Positions 27,289 through 36,357 of a DNA stretch of 64,000 bases are shown one piece after another. The DNA comes from Candidatus Magasanikbacteria bacterium RIFCSPHIGHO2_01_FULL_41_23 (GTDB taxonomy: Bacteria; Patescibacteriota; Patescibacteriia; Magasanikbacterales; UBA922). The notes beneath the pieces were generated by a model. That model did not search any database and was not told the origin of the DNA. It worked only from the letters and a program-made list of their open reading frames with translations. The position numbers and the translations under genes are program-made. The stretch is from contig MFPT01000021.1 of assembly GCA_001782805.1 (NCBI GenBank), positions 10,546-74,545 of the forward strand, in the 5' to 3' direction. Numbering within the stretch: the first letter of the stretch is position 1; each line of letters begins with the position of its first letter.

Positions 27289-28801
27289 CGCCGAGCATAA
27301 TTAAAATATCGGTCGAAGTGGATGGATGAATGGTCGAAGGAATATTTTGGGTGGTGGAAATTTTTAATTCATCAACCAATATATCCAGTATTGTTGACGG
27401 CGTATTTTTTTGCAAGACATATATTTTGCTTTGGCTGATTGGTTTTTCTTGAGTATTGTTGACGGTAGTAATTGCAATGGATCGAAATTCCAAACGCCGA
27501 CGGACTCTCGCGGCCAATCCCGCGTTCCATGTGCCGTTTTGAATTTCCAAAATCGGTTCTACGGTTTTTGGCGCAAAAGTTTCAACCGGATTTTTTTCTT
27601 TATTTTTAATATCCGCGTTGAAAAAAGGATTTTCCGCTGACGCGTTCGTGAGGGCAATTGCTTTGTTTGGATCACCATTAAAAATTAATTTAATGGAGTC
27701 ATTGATGGCGTTAAAATTATCGGTTTTGGGATACAAGATGTATGCGCCGCTTGAGGTAAATGTGCTTTTCAGAAAGCCATCGGGATTGGAATCCAAAACT
27801 AGAGAAATGATGCGGCCGGTATCAAGTGTTTGGCCTGTTTTTGCCAAAGAAACCAATTCGTCAAATTCCATGTTGGTCGTCAAATGCGATTCAAGTGAAT
27901 TCATAATATTGTTCGCGCGAAGGGGATTGAGGTATGTTCCAATGTCAGATAATTTTTGCTTAAGAGCCAAAAGAATTTTTTGTTGTCGTCGAGCCCGTGC
28001 AAAATCCGATCCCTCGTTGTTATTGCCATGTCGGGAGCGTGCGAATGTGAGGGCAGTTTGTCCATCCATGGTTTGCTCTCCAGCGGTAAATGACACTGTT
28101 TGGTATTCGTCATAGGGCGCCGGAAACATGGGATCGGTAAAACTGCGATCCACGGTTACCGTTACCCCATCCAGTTCATTAATTATTTCCGCAAAGGCTT
28201 TGAAATCCAATCGAATGTAGTAGGGAATGTCAATGTTGAATGTTTGGGAAATGAGTTCTGTGGCCGCGGCCGCGCCCCAATTGGGTTTTTTTAACTCGCC
28301 ATAGGCATTGACATGATTGATTTTTTGGTAACCATAACCGGGAATATCCACGCCCAAATCGCGAGGAATGGAAATTAAAGCCACTTGTTTGGTGGATGGT
28401 TTGATGCTGGCAATCATTATCGTGTCAGTTAGGAATGGTCCATCGTGACCTGGCCCGCCCATTCCCAAAAGCAAAATATTTATCCGATCAGTTTTGGCTC
28501 CAGCCAGATTTGAATTTCCTGTTTCACTGTTACCAAAGGCGATGTAACTTATTTTTTTCAATAAACTTTTTGGTTTTTTGGGTTCTAGAGTTACTCCGGC
28601 ACGGATTGTATCTGTTGTAACAGTTAAACTATTATACCACCACATGCTTCCAGCCAGCAAAAATATCGCCAGCAACAAAAAAAGCGCTTTCTTGCGGCGT
28701 CCTTTTCCCTCTTTAGCCAATTCATTCGGTTCAAAATCGCGAGGCGGATGATTTGACGGTTCTTCAACCTCGCTCATAAAATTAATCGCATGTGGCACCA
28801 T
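27272..28801 (-). CDS. LytR-CpsA-Psr (LCP) family cell-envelope phosphotransferase, membrane anchored
   Basis: N-terminal TM helix. LCP core NILLLGMGGPGHDGPFLTDTIMIASIKP ... ALISIPRDL. Confidence 0.75.
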   Translation of the reverse strand: MVPHAINFMSEVEEPSNHPPRDFEPNELAKEGKGRRKKALFLLLAIFLLAGSMWWYNSLTVTTDTIRAGVTLEPKKPKSLLKKISYIAFGNSETGNSNLAGAKTDRINILLLGMGGPGHDGPFLTDTIMIASIKPSTKQVALISIPRDLGVDIPGYGYQKINHVNAYGELKKPNWGAAAATELISQTFNIDIPYYIRLDFKAFAEIINELDGVTVTVDRSFTDPMFPAPYDEYQTVSFTAGEQTMDGQTALTFARSRHGNNNEGSDFARARRQQKILLALKQKLSDIGTYLNPLRANNIMNSLESHLTTNMEFDELVSLAKTGQTLDTGRIISLVLDSNPDGFLKSTFTSSGAYILYPKTDNFNAINDSIKLIFNGDPNKAIALTNASAENPFFNADIKNKEKNPVETFAPKTVEPILEIQNGTWNAGLAARVRRRLEFRSIAITTVNNTQEKPISQSKIYVLQKNTPSTILDILVDELKISTTQNIPSTIHPSTSTDILIMLGDDFID

Positions 28802-28925
28802 AGCTTTAACACTATAACGGATTTTTTTGGTTTTGGCAAGGGATTTTTAGGAGAGTTATTATCCTGATTTGACACACAAAACAAGATGTGGAATAATTCT
28901 TTCATAATTTATTAACTAAAATTCT

Positions 28926-29378
28926 ATGTCAGGTCCAGAAGGATCAGGAGAATCATGTCCACAATGTAACCAACCAAAGTTTGCTTGTAAATGTCCCAAG
29001 ACTACGGCAGAAGCACAGGGAGGTCAAGCACCAGAAATTTCGGCAAATTTACAGGATCAAGATACTGCATCAAATGAAAAATATCCAAGACCTGGTTCTC
29101 CTGAAGCACAAGAACTTCATCGTTTACACGAAGAATTTTATAGAAATAATGGAGGACCTACCCCAAGAGAAGCTGGGTTAGAACAGTTACAATATAATTG
29201 GCAACAAGAAGAAATATTGGGTGTACCGCGTGATCAAAGAGGGAAGGAACAATATGAAAATCCAAATAGTAGACAGAATCTTACTGATAAAGCGTTTTTT
29301 CAGACACCAGAGGCCGTAGCAGAATTCGAAAAGAATGGATGGACTCTACCAAAAAGTGGAGTTGATGAGAATAAATAA
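28926..29378 (+). CDS. Hypothetical protein with N-terminal CxxC..CxC zinc-ribbon-like motif
   Basis: 150-aa hydrophilic ORF beginning SCPQCNQPKFACKCP. Confidence 0.4.
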   Translation: MSGPEGSGESCPQCNQPKFACKCPKTTAEAQGGQAPEISANLQDQDTASNEKYPRPGSPEAQELHRLHEEFYRNNGGPTPREAGLEQLQYNWQQEEILGVPRDQRGKEQYENPNSRQNLTDKAFFQTPEAVAEFEKNGWTLPKSGVDENK

Positions 29379-29394
29379 TAAAAGAAAGATTTTT

Positions 29395-29427
29395 AACCGG
29401 TTATTTCTACATAGCCGGTTTTTTTAT
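29395..29427 (+). terminator. Rho-independent terminator
   Basis: AACCGGTTATTTCTACATAGCCGGTT hairpin followed by TTTTTTT. Confidence 0.5.
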
Positions 29428-29543
29428 ATCGTTGACAAAAAGAATAATTTGGAGAATAATTAAAACATAAGAGGCCACATCTTCGCCGAATTTTTTGATT
29501 CGACGAGGTTTTTTATTTTACAAAAGAAAATTTTAAAATTAAT

Positions 29544-29858
29544 ATGGAGGTTCAGTTTTTTGATAAAAAAATAGAAGAATTTATTGATCATTTAGATAAT
29601 ATTGTTAATCCGAAAGTATTTCGGGTAATTGCTCTTTTGGAAGAATTTGGACCAAGTCTAGGAATGCCGCAAAGTAAGAAAATTGGTCAGCGACTGTTTG
29701 AGCTCAGGATACTTGGTAAACAGCATATTCGTATTATATATACTTTTCATCGAGATTCGGCGATCTTGTTGCATGGATTTATTAAAAAATCAGAAAAAAT
29801 TCCTCTGAAAGAAATTTGCCTTGCCAAAGCTAAATTATCGGTTCTTGACAGAAGATAA
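29544..29858 (+). CDS. higB: Type II TA toxin, HigB-like (RelE/ParE superfamily, Gp49/DUF891-type)
   Basis: 104 aa. The pattern LFELRILGKQHIRIIYTFHRDSAILLHGFIKKSEKIPLKEI matches the HigB/Gp49 C-terminal signature. It precedes an HTH antitoxin, which is the HigBA gene order. Confidence 0.7.
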   Translation: MEVQFFDKKIEEFIDHLDNIVNPKVFRVIALLEEFGPSLGMPQSKKIGQRLFELRILGKQHIRIIYTFHRDSAILLHGFIKKSEKIPLKEICLAKAKLSVLDRR

Positions 29859-29880
29859 CATATACGTTATATTAATCTAT

Positions 29881-30156
29881 ATGAAAAACTTTTCAACTTT
29901 TAGGGAGGAACAGTTCAAAAAAAAACCAGGTCTTCGGGAGGCCTATGAAGCCCTTGGGCCGGAATATGAGTTAATTGCTCAGCTTATTCGGAAGCGTCTT
30001 AATAAAGGCCTAACTCAATCAGCCTTGGCCAAAAAAATTGGAACAAAACAGTCGGCGATTGCTCGTTTGGAGTCAGGAAACTATAACGCTTCGATTGCTT
30101 TCTTGGAAAAAGTTGCCAAGGCGCTGGATGCAAAGCTGGTCGTTTCAATTTTATAG
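29881..30156 (+). CDS. higA: HTH XRE-family antitoxin (HigA-like)
   Basis: Helix-turn-helix LTQSALAKKIGTKQSAIARLESGNYNASIAFLEKVAKAL. The ORF track extends the frame upstream to 29821, overlapping the toxin. The ATG at 29881 follows the toxin stop. Confidence 0.7.
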   Translation: MKNFSTFREEQFKKKPGLREAYEALGPEYELIAQLIRKRLNKGLTQSALAKKIGTKQSAIARLESGNYNASIAFLEKVAKALDAKLVVSIL

Positions 30157-30173
30157 ATTTTATTTTTACAAAA

Positions 30174-30725
30174 TTGTGGTATACTTCTCATTATCGTAAA
30201 GATACGACCACTATGCCGCAAATAATTGGAAAAGAAGGAAGTACTGTTTTAACCGGCCAAATTTTGCATACTTGGGAAGTTTCCGAGTATGAACAGCATG
30301 ATCGGCCGATGCGCTGGTATCTCATTATGTTGGTGCTTGGTCTATTTTTGGTTGGTTACGGCCTGTTTACCAATAATTTTTTGTTTGCGCTGATTGTTAT
30401 ATTGTTTTCCATTATTATTTTTTTGCAATCGCATCAGATTCCGCATCGTGTGCCGTTTAGCATCACTGATCTTGGTGTTCTCGTCAACAATCGCTTTTAT
30501 ATGTATTCCGAGTTTATGGATTTTTATATAATTTATAATCCACCGCAGGTAAAAACATTATTTTTGGAACCGGAAAGTACTTTTCGTCCGCGCTTGCGTG
30601 TGTTGCTTGGAGAAGAGGATCCCAATGAAATTAAATTTACGCTTCGCCAGTTTTTGTCGGAAAATGTGACCAAAGAAGAAGAGCCGTTATCGGACAAGAT
30701 GGCGCGGGAATGGATGATACATTGA
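30174..30725 (+). CDS. Hypothetical membrane protein (two TM helices)
   Basis: 183-aa ORF. Hydrophobic helices YLIMLVLGLFLVGYGLF and FLFALIVILFSIIIFL. Alternative start at 30213. Confidence 0.5.
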   Translation: MWYTSHYRKDTTTMPQIIGKEGSTVLTGQILHTWEVSEYEQHDRPMRWYLIMLVLGLFLVGYGLFTNNFLFALIVILFSIIIFLQSHQIPHRVPFSITDLGVLVNNRFYMYSEFMDFYIIYNPPQVKTLFLEPESTFRPRLRVLLGEEDPNEIKFTLRQFLSENVTKEEEPLSDKMAREWMIH

Positions 30726-30784
30726 CGGGTTGGAAATTTTTTGCTATAGTCACTGCGTTTTACCGCGTCTAAAATACGCAAAAC

Positions 30785-30856
30785 GCACCCGTCGTTCAAT
30801 GGATAGGACAAGAGTTTGCGGAACTCTAGATCTAAGTTCGATTCTTAGCGGGTGCA
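30785..30856 (+). tRNA. tRNA-Arg (apparent anticodon GCG)
   Basis: GCACCCG-UC-GUUC-AAUGGAUA-GGAC-A-AGAGU-UUGCGGA-ACUCU-AGAU-CUAAG-UUCGAUU-CUUAG-CGGGUGC-A. A20 in the D-loop. Preceded by the hairpin GCGTTTTACCGCG..CGCAAAACGC. Confidence 0.6.
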
Positions 30857-30901
30857 CCGATTATTATTGATTTGTTCTGACGTATTCAAGAAGTTCGCAC
30901 A

Positions 30902-32962
30902 ATGAATCTCCAAACTCCCATTACACAATTGAATAAAGTGGGGGATGTGTTGAGCTCTCGTTTGAAACGTCTGGGAATTTTTTGCGTACAGGATTTATTA
31001 TATTATTTTCCGTTTCGGTACGAAGACTTTAGTGAATTGGCCAAAATTGCGGATTTGGTTGAAGGAAAACAAGTAACAGTGCAGGCGAAAATTGAATTGA
31101 TTATGACGCGACGAAGTCCGCGCAAGCGAACAGTGTTAACTGAAGCCATGGTCTCGGATGAAAGTGGTCAGCTTCGCATTATTTGGTTTGGTCAGCCCTT
31201 TATTGCTCAAAATTTGCACGTTGGAGATGAAATTTATTTTTCCGGAAAAGTAACGCGCGATCGGTTGGGGTTACAAATGATTAGTCCGGAATACGAAAAA
31301 GTAAAAATTGAGACTGCGCATACAGCGCGAATTGTGCCTTTGTATCCTTTAACTGAAGGCATAACGCATAAACAGATGCGGTATTGGTTGAGGCAAGTAA
31401 TTCATTTGGCCGAAACAATAGAGGATTGGTTGCCACTGGAAATTTTAAAAAAAGCGAGTTTACCTGGACTTGGGAAAGCCATGCGCGGCATTCATTTTCC
31501 GGAAAATGAAGAAGATTTGAAAATAAGCACAGCGCGACTTAAGTTTGATGAGTTGTATATTTTGCAATTGCGAGCGGAAATGATGCGGCAATTATTGGCG
31601 CGATCCGTTGCGCCCCGCATAAAATTTGTGACCGAGCCAATTAAAAAATTTGTGGCTGATTTGCCATTCACTTTAACCAATGATCAAAAAGTCGCGGCGT
31701 GGGAAATTTTTAAAGATTTGGAACGCGCGACACCAATGAATAGATTGTTGGAAGGAGATGTGGGTTCGGGAAAAACTGTGGTCGCGGCGCTGGCAATGTA
31801 TTTGGCGATTGAAAATGGTTATCAATGTGCGCTCATGGCGCCGACGGAAATTTTGGCTACGCAACATTATGCGACAATTACAAAATTATTGGATAAAAAA
31901 ATTACTTCGATTGGTTTGTTGACGGGCAGTACTAAACCAAAAGAAAAAATCACGATTGGCGCGCGATTGGAGGCGGGAGAAATTTCAATTATTATCGGCA
32001 CGCATGCGTTGTTGTCTGAAAGCGTGCAATTTAAAAATTTGGGCTTGGTGATTGTGGATGAACAACATCGGTTTGGTGTGGATCAACGCCGGAAAATGCG
32101 CGCACATAATAATGACGATACAGCGCCGCATTTTTTGAGCATGACTGCCACGCCGATTCCGCGTTCTTTTGCACTGACGTTATTTGGCGATTTGGATGTG
32201 TCCATTATTAAACAAATGCCGGTCGGTCGCAAACCAATAAAAACACGCGTGGTCGCGCCGCATAATCGCGAGAAAGCGTACGCGTTTATTCGCGAGGAAA
32301 TAAAAAAAGGCAGACAGTGTTTTGTGATTTGTCCGTTGATTCAAGAAGATACTACTTCTGTTCCAACTCAGTCAAAATTATTGCGTGGCGAACAAAAAAC
32401 AGTTTTAAAAGAATATGAACATTTGTCCAAAGAAATTTTTCCGAATTTACGCGTGGGATTTTTGCATGGCAAAATGAAGGCGAAAGAAAAAAATACGACA
32501 ATGCAAAAATTTGCTAATGGCGAAACCGATATTTTAGTTGCGACTTCGGTTGTGGAAGTTGGTGTCAATATTCCCAATGCCAGCGTGATGATGATTGAAG
32601 GCGCGGAACGATTTGGTTTGGCGCAATTGCATCAATTTCGCGGACGCGTGGGAAGAGCGGAACATCAATCATATTGTTTTTTATTTACTGACAATGACAC
32701 ACAAAAAGTCACGGAGCGTTTGGCTTTATTTGAAAAAACTTTGGATGGTTTTGCCCTCGCTGAATATGATTTGGAAACGCGCGGGCCGGGCGAAGTATAC
32801 GGCACTGCTCAAAGTGGTATGATGAATCTGCGTTTGGCCACGATGCGTGACATTGGTCTGATAAAACTGGCACGCGAACTGGCGCGCGGGACAAATTTTA
32901 CGAAATTTTTACAATTAAAAGAAAAAGTAAAAGAATGGGAAGAAAGGACGCATTTGGAATAA
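30902..32962 (+). CDS. recG: ATP-dependent DNA helicase RecG
   Basis: N-terminal wedge/OB region. Helicase motifs GDVGSGKT (Walker A), DEQH (motif II) and QFRGRVGR (motif VI). Confidence 0.9.
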   Translation: MNLQTPITQLNKVGDVLSSRLKRLGIFCVQDLLYYFPFRYEDFSELAKIADLVEGKQVTVQAKIELIMTRRSPRKRTVLTEAMVSDESGQLRIIWFGQPFIAQNLHVGDEIYFSGKVTRDRLGLQMISPEYEKVKIETAHTARIVPLYPLTEGITHKQMRYWLRQVIHLAETIEDWLPLEILKKASLPGLGKAMRGIHFPENEEDLKISTARLKFDELYILQLRAEMMRQLLARSVAPRIKFVTEPIKKFVADLPFTLTNDQKVAAWEIFKDLERATPMNRLLEGDVGSGKTVVAALAMYLAIENGYQCALMAPTEILATQHYATITKLLDKKITSIGLLTGSTKPKEKITIGARLEAGEISIIIGTHALLSESVQFKNLGLVIVDEQHRFGVDQRRKMRAHNNDDTAPHFLSMTATPIPRSFALTLFGDLDVSIIKQMPVGRKPIKTRVVAPHNREKAYAFIREEIKKGRQCFVICPLIQEDTTSVPTQSKLLRGEQKTVLKEYEHLSKEIFPNLRVGFLHGKMKAKEKNTTMQKFANGETDILVATSVVEVGVNIPNASVMMIEGAERFGLAQLHQFRGRVGRAEHQSYCFLFTDNDTQKVTERLALFEKTLDGFALAEYDLETRGPGEVYGTAQSGMMNLRLATMRDIGLIKLARELARGTNFTKFLQLKEKVKEWEERTHLE

Positions 32963-33030
32963 GGTATATTTGCTCATATATCTTCCGTTTGATACACTAA
33001 GTAACGGTTTTATTTTTGGTTTAGTTTTTT

Positions 33031-34464
33031 ATGAATTCCATTCCGATCGCTTTAACCTACGATGATGTTTTAATTGTGCCGCGACGTTCCGGTCTTAATT
33101 CACGCAGTGAAGCCGTGACAACAACGCGGTTAACCAAGAAAATAAATTTGCATATTCCATTGGTCAGCGCGAATATGGACACGGTGACTGAATCGCAAAT
33201 GGCGATTGCGTTGGCGCGATTGGGCGGGATTGGAATTTTGCATCGCTTTATGACGATTGAAGAAAATATCGAAGAAGTAAAACGAGTTAAGCGCGCGCAA
33301 AATTTTGTGGTTCGCGATCCATACAGCATTGATCCGAATAAAACAATTGGTCAAGCCAAAGAATTTATTGCCAAATGCGGTGTAACGGGTTTGGTAGTGG
33401 CGAATGATGATGGACGTTTGCACGGGATTCTTTCGCGTCGAGATATGATGTTTGCGGAAAATGACCACGCACTTGTTTCGGAAATTATGACGCCGCGTGC
33501 CAAATTAATTGTGGGTGTTCCATCAACCACATTTGAAGAAGCCAAAAATATTTTTGCGCAAAATAAAATAGAAAAATTGCCGCTTGTGGATGAAGACAAT
33601 AAAATTATTGGTTTAATTACCAGTGATGATATTCGGTTGAGGATTGATTATCCATTGGCTAATACTGATGAGAAAGGCAATCTTTTGGTGGGCGCTTCAA
33701 TTGGCGTGAAAGGGGATTATATTGAGCGCGCGCAAGAATTAATTAAAGCCGGAGTGGATGTGCTGGTGATTGATATTGCGCACGGACACTCGGATTTAAT
33801 GTTTGACGCGATTAAAAATGTTCGCGCGGCTTGCACAGATGTGCAATTGATTGCAGGTAATATCGCGACAAGCGGAGCGGCGCAAGAATTATGTGAAGCC
33901 GGAGTTGATGGTTTAAAAGTGGGAGTGGGTCCGGGAACAATTTGCATTACTCGTTTGGTGACCGGATGTGGCGTGCCGCAATTATCCGCGGTGATGAATG
34001 TGGCCGCGACCGCACAAAAATATAATGTTCCGGTAATTGCGGACGGAGGAATTCAAAAATCCGGTGATATTGTAAAAGCGATTGGTGCGGGTGCGGATAC
34101 GGTTATGCTGGGCGGATCTTTGGCTGGAACACATGAAAGTCCCGGTCTGATAATTAATCGCGATGGCAAGAAATATAAAGTTTGCCGCGGTAGCGCCAGT
34201 TTTGCGATTGCTGAACGTAGGCAAAAAGTGGGGCAAGAAAAAAAGGAAATGAATGAAGTTACGCCAGAAGGCGTGGAAGCAGTTGTGCCGTATAAAGGGT
34301 ATTTGGCGGAAATTGTCGGTCAATTTATTGGTGGTTTAAAATCAGGGATGAGCTATACCAATTCGCGAACGATTGGTGAATTGCAAAAAAATTGTGATTT
34401 TGTGCGGATTACGAACGCGGGTTTGCGCGAAAGCGGGCCGCATGATTTGCAGGATGTGCGCTAG
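33031..34464 (+). CDS. guaB: Inosine-5'-monophosphate dehydrogenase (IMPDH) with CBS pair
   Basis: TIM-barrel IMPDH motifs IDIAHGHS and GVGPGTICITRLVTGCGVPQLSAV (catalytic Cys loop). Two CBS domains in the middle. Confidence 0.9.
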   Translation: MNSIPIALTYDDVLIVPRRSGLNSRSEAVTTTRLTKKINLHIPLVSANMDTVTESQMAIALARLGGIGILHRFMTIEENIEEVKRVKRAQNFVVRDPYSIDPNKTIGQAKEFIAKCGVTGLVVANDDGRLHGILSRRDMMFAENDHALVSEIMTPRAKLIVGVPSTTFEEAKNIFAQNKIEKLPLVDEDNKIIGLITSDDIRLRIDYPLANTDEKGNLLVGASIGVKGDYIERAQELIKAGVDVLVIDIAHGHSDLMFDAIKNVRAACTDVQLIAGNIATSGAAQELCEAGVDGLKVGVGPGTICITRLVTGCGVPQLSAVMNVAATAQKYNVPVIADGGIQKSGDIVKAIGAGADTVMLGGSLAGTHESPGLIINRDGKKYKVCRGSASFAIAERRQKVGQEKKEMNEVTPEGVEAVVPYKGYLAEIVGQFIGGLKSGMSYTNSRTIGELQKNCDFVRITNAGLRESGPHDLQDVR

Positions 34465-34527
34465 AACTTGAATAAACTAGAAGCTGAATAACTATTTAAG
34501 ACTAAAAACAATTAATTTTTTTGGTGA

Positions 34528-34561
34528 GGGGGCTCCGACTTCATGTCGGAGCCCCCTTTTT
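34528..34561 (+). terminator. Strong rho-independent terminator after guaB (12-bp GC stem plus T5)
   Basis: GGGGGCTCCGAC-TTCAT-GTCGGAGCCCCC followed by TTTTT. Confidence 0.7.
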
Positions 34562-34580
34562 GTTCTTCCTCCTTTCTTCG

Positions 34581-34820
34581 CTAGGCGAAGTTCCCGTAGT
34601 AGCTCATGACGTGACCGAAGCCTCCGCGTGGCGAAGCGCGTCGGTGATGCTCGTTGTCGTCAGATCCCCCCTTCTTCTTAGGGGGATCCACGATCGGCGA
34701 CCGGTTTGTGGACAGGCTCCGCGGCGGACGGTAGGGGGTTCCATCGGCCGAGGGGATGTCCTCGGCACGTCGGAGGGGGTTTCCCTTGTCATCCAGCGTC
34801 GCGGCACGAAATCTTTCCAT
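34581..34820 (-). CDS. Hypothetical small basic protein encoded in the GC-rich island
   Basis: 80-aa ORF on the minus strand (MERFRAATLDDKGNPLRR...KKKGGSDDNEHHRRASPRGGFGHVMSYYGNFA). GC content far above the genome background. The coding call is uncertain. Confidence 0.25.
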   Translation of the reverse strand: MERFRAATLDDKGNPLRRAEDIPSADGTPYRPPRSLSTNRSPIVDPPKKKGGSDDNEHHRRASPRGGFGHVMSYYGNFA

Positions 34821-35033
34821 GGTCAATGATCCTTGTGTCCCGACTTCGTCGGGACGGTTTGAGATGAAGAAGATTATAAATAATTGTGATGCTTTTGTCA
34901 ATAATTTTAGGCTAAAAAATTTTAAAAAAATGTTCGGTTTGACTTTTTTGCTTTTTTATTTTATTCTTTGAACAGATTGTTTTAATTTGGCTGAACAATG
35001 AGGGGTTGTTTGGTCAACTAAGGGGTTTTTTCA

Positions 35034-35231
35034 ATGAAGGTTTTGATGGTCACCCTGACTACCAAGAACAGCCGTGGAGAGGACATCCATTTCTCGATCT
35101 CGAAGGAGGGCGCGCGGGAGGCCGGAATCCTCCCTGATTCTCGATCCTGGGATCGTGCCCAGGGTGTCTCGGCGGGAAACCGCCAGTACATGAAGCGCCT
35201 CGTTCGTCGACTCGACGAGATCGGATCGTAA
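35034..35231 (+). CDS. Hypothetical small protein in the second GC-rich segment
   Basis: 65-aa ORF (MKVLMVTLTTKNSRGEDIHF...). GC-rich. A terminator follows at 35378-35405. The coding call is uncertain. Confidence 0.25.
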   Translation: MKVLMVTLTTKNSRGEDIHFSISKEGAREAGILPDSRSWDRAQGVSAGNRQYMKRLVRRLDEIGS

Positions 35232-35377
35232 GCGATCCGAACCAACGCCGTTGATTCGCCGCCACTCGCGGATCCGGCACGATCGTTCTTCATCAAGTAG
35301 CCCACCAGTTTCTGTCCCACCTTTGTTCCTTCCTCGGGCTCAGACTTCACGTCCGAGCCCTCCCACCAAAATTAAAA

Positions 35378-35405
35378 CTCTCCGAGATTGTCGGAGGGTT
35401 TTTTT
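35378..35405 (+). terminator. Rho-independent terminator
   Basis: CTCTCCGA-GATTG-TCGGAGGG hairpin followed by TTTTTTT. Confidence 0.55.
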
Positions 35406-35642
35406 ATGACAATAAATACATCAAGGAAATCAATTTAAATCGAATCAATTTAAGTCGACTTAAAATAAATCAAATCAACATGAATTTCAGTAATAGGTAA
35501 TTTTCTTTTCAGTAAAACTCGCTATTCTTCTCCTCTCCTCGTCTCTATCCTTATTGATATATTAAATCTACTTTAACCAAGTAAGCGGAAAGAAAGCTCG
35601 TACACATTACTAAAAAGAAAATTACCTACTACTGAAATTACC

Positions 35643-35900
35643 CCAATGCAACACCGAAAAATTTAATATACCTAATAAGCAAACTGGAGTGAGATCTTTT
35701 TCTCGATGCCCGAGCCTGTTTACCCTGAGCTTGTCGAAGGGTCGAGGGTCGAGAAAAACGGTCTCACGAAGTTTGCTTAAGACTTAGAAAGCTGAGTATA
35801 ATGACTTGTTAAGAATGCATAATCCGTTAGACTATCAGTTGAACAAAAGGATATCGTCGAATTTTGTTTAAGACTTAGAAAATGGAGTTTGCTTATGAGC
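35643..35900 (+). repeat. Copy 2 of the ~200-nt dispersed repeat (see 11957..12150), carrying a ~65-nt internal insertion of the short GC-rich repeat family
   Basis: Blocks align with copy 1 at ~85-90% identity. Extra segment ..GCCCGAGCCTGTTTACCCTGAGCTTGTCGAAGGGTCGAGGGTCGAG.. is inserted between the first two blocks. Confidence 0.7.
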
Positions 35901-36089
35901 AAACAAAGCATGAATTTTGATTACAATTTGGCATATAAAAAATATAAAAGTCCAGTGTTTACCGGACTTTTATATGACACGTAGAAGTTTTGCCAATGAA
36001 GCACTGGCTCACTACCCTTTAATGTAAATTATATCAAGATTTATTATTTTGTCAAATAAAAAACACAACGAGAAGTTGTGATTTTTAGG

Positions 36090-36166
36090 TGGTGGACCTG
36101 ACGGGAATCGAACCCGTTCTACTACGTGTCAAGGGTAGTGTGCTCAACCAGATACACCACAGGCCC
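36090..36166 (-). tRNA. tRNA with short variable arm, CCA encoded, anticodon loop CUUGACA (apparent anticodon UGA); isotype uncertain
   Basis: GGGCCUG-UG-GUGU-AUCUGGUUGA-GCAC-A-CUACC-CUUGACA-CGUAG-UAGA-ACGGG-UUCGAUU-CCCGU-CAGGUCC-A-CCA. The stem has a C31.C39 mismatch, position 37 is C, and there is one acceptor-stem G.U pair. Confidence 0.55.
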
Positions 36167-36255
36167 TAGGTCCACCATGTACTACCATAACATAAACCAC
36201 ATTAAGAAAGTCTTAAGTTTTTGTAGTTATCCACAAAGTATGCACAAAAACAATA

Positions 36256-36285
36256 AAACTCCTTTTTGAGGAGCTTTATTGTACG
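36256..36285 (-). terminator. Rho-independent terminator downstream of radA (minus strand)
   Basis: On the minus strand: AAAGCTCCTCAAAAAGGAGTTTTATTGTTTTTG. Confidence 0.45.
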
Positions 36286-36357
36286 AATATAGAATTGTTA
36301 CTGTAGTGCAGGTTGATAATATCCTTATAAACTATAATATAGTAAGAAAATTATTTG

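Noticed and set aside
34521-34829. Plus-strand 102-aa ORF across the first GC-rich segment
   Set aside because: It begins inside the guaB terminator hairpin and is Arg/Val/Gly-rich in a way typical of GC-driven spurious frames. The minus-strand frame is only marginally better, so both are low confidence.
36167-36250. Interpretation of the conserved tRNA-flanking block as an integrase att site
   Set aside because: No integrase, recombinase or direct repeat of the tRNA 3' end is present in the window. A shared promoter/leader of a duplicated tRNA gene is the simpler explanation.
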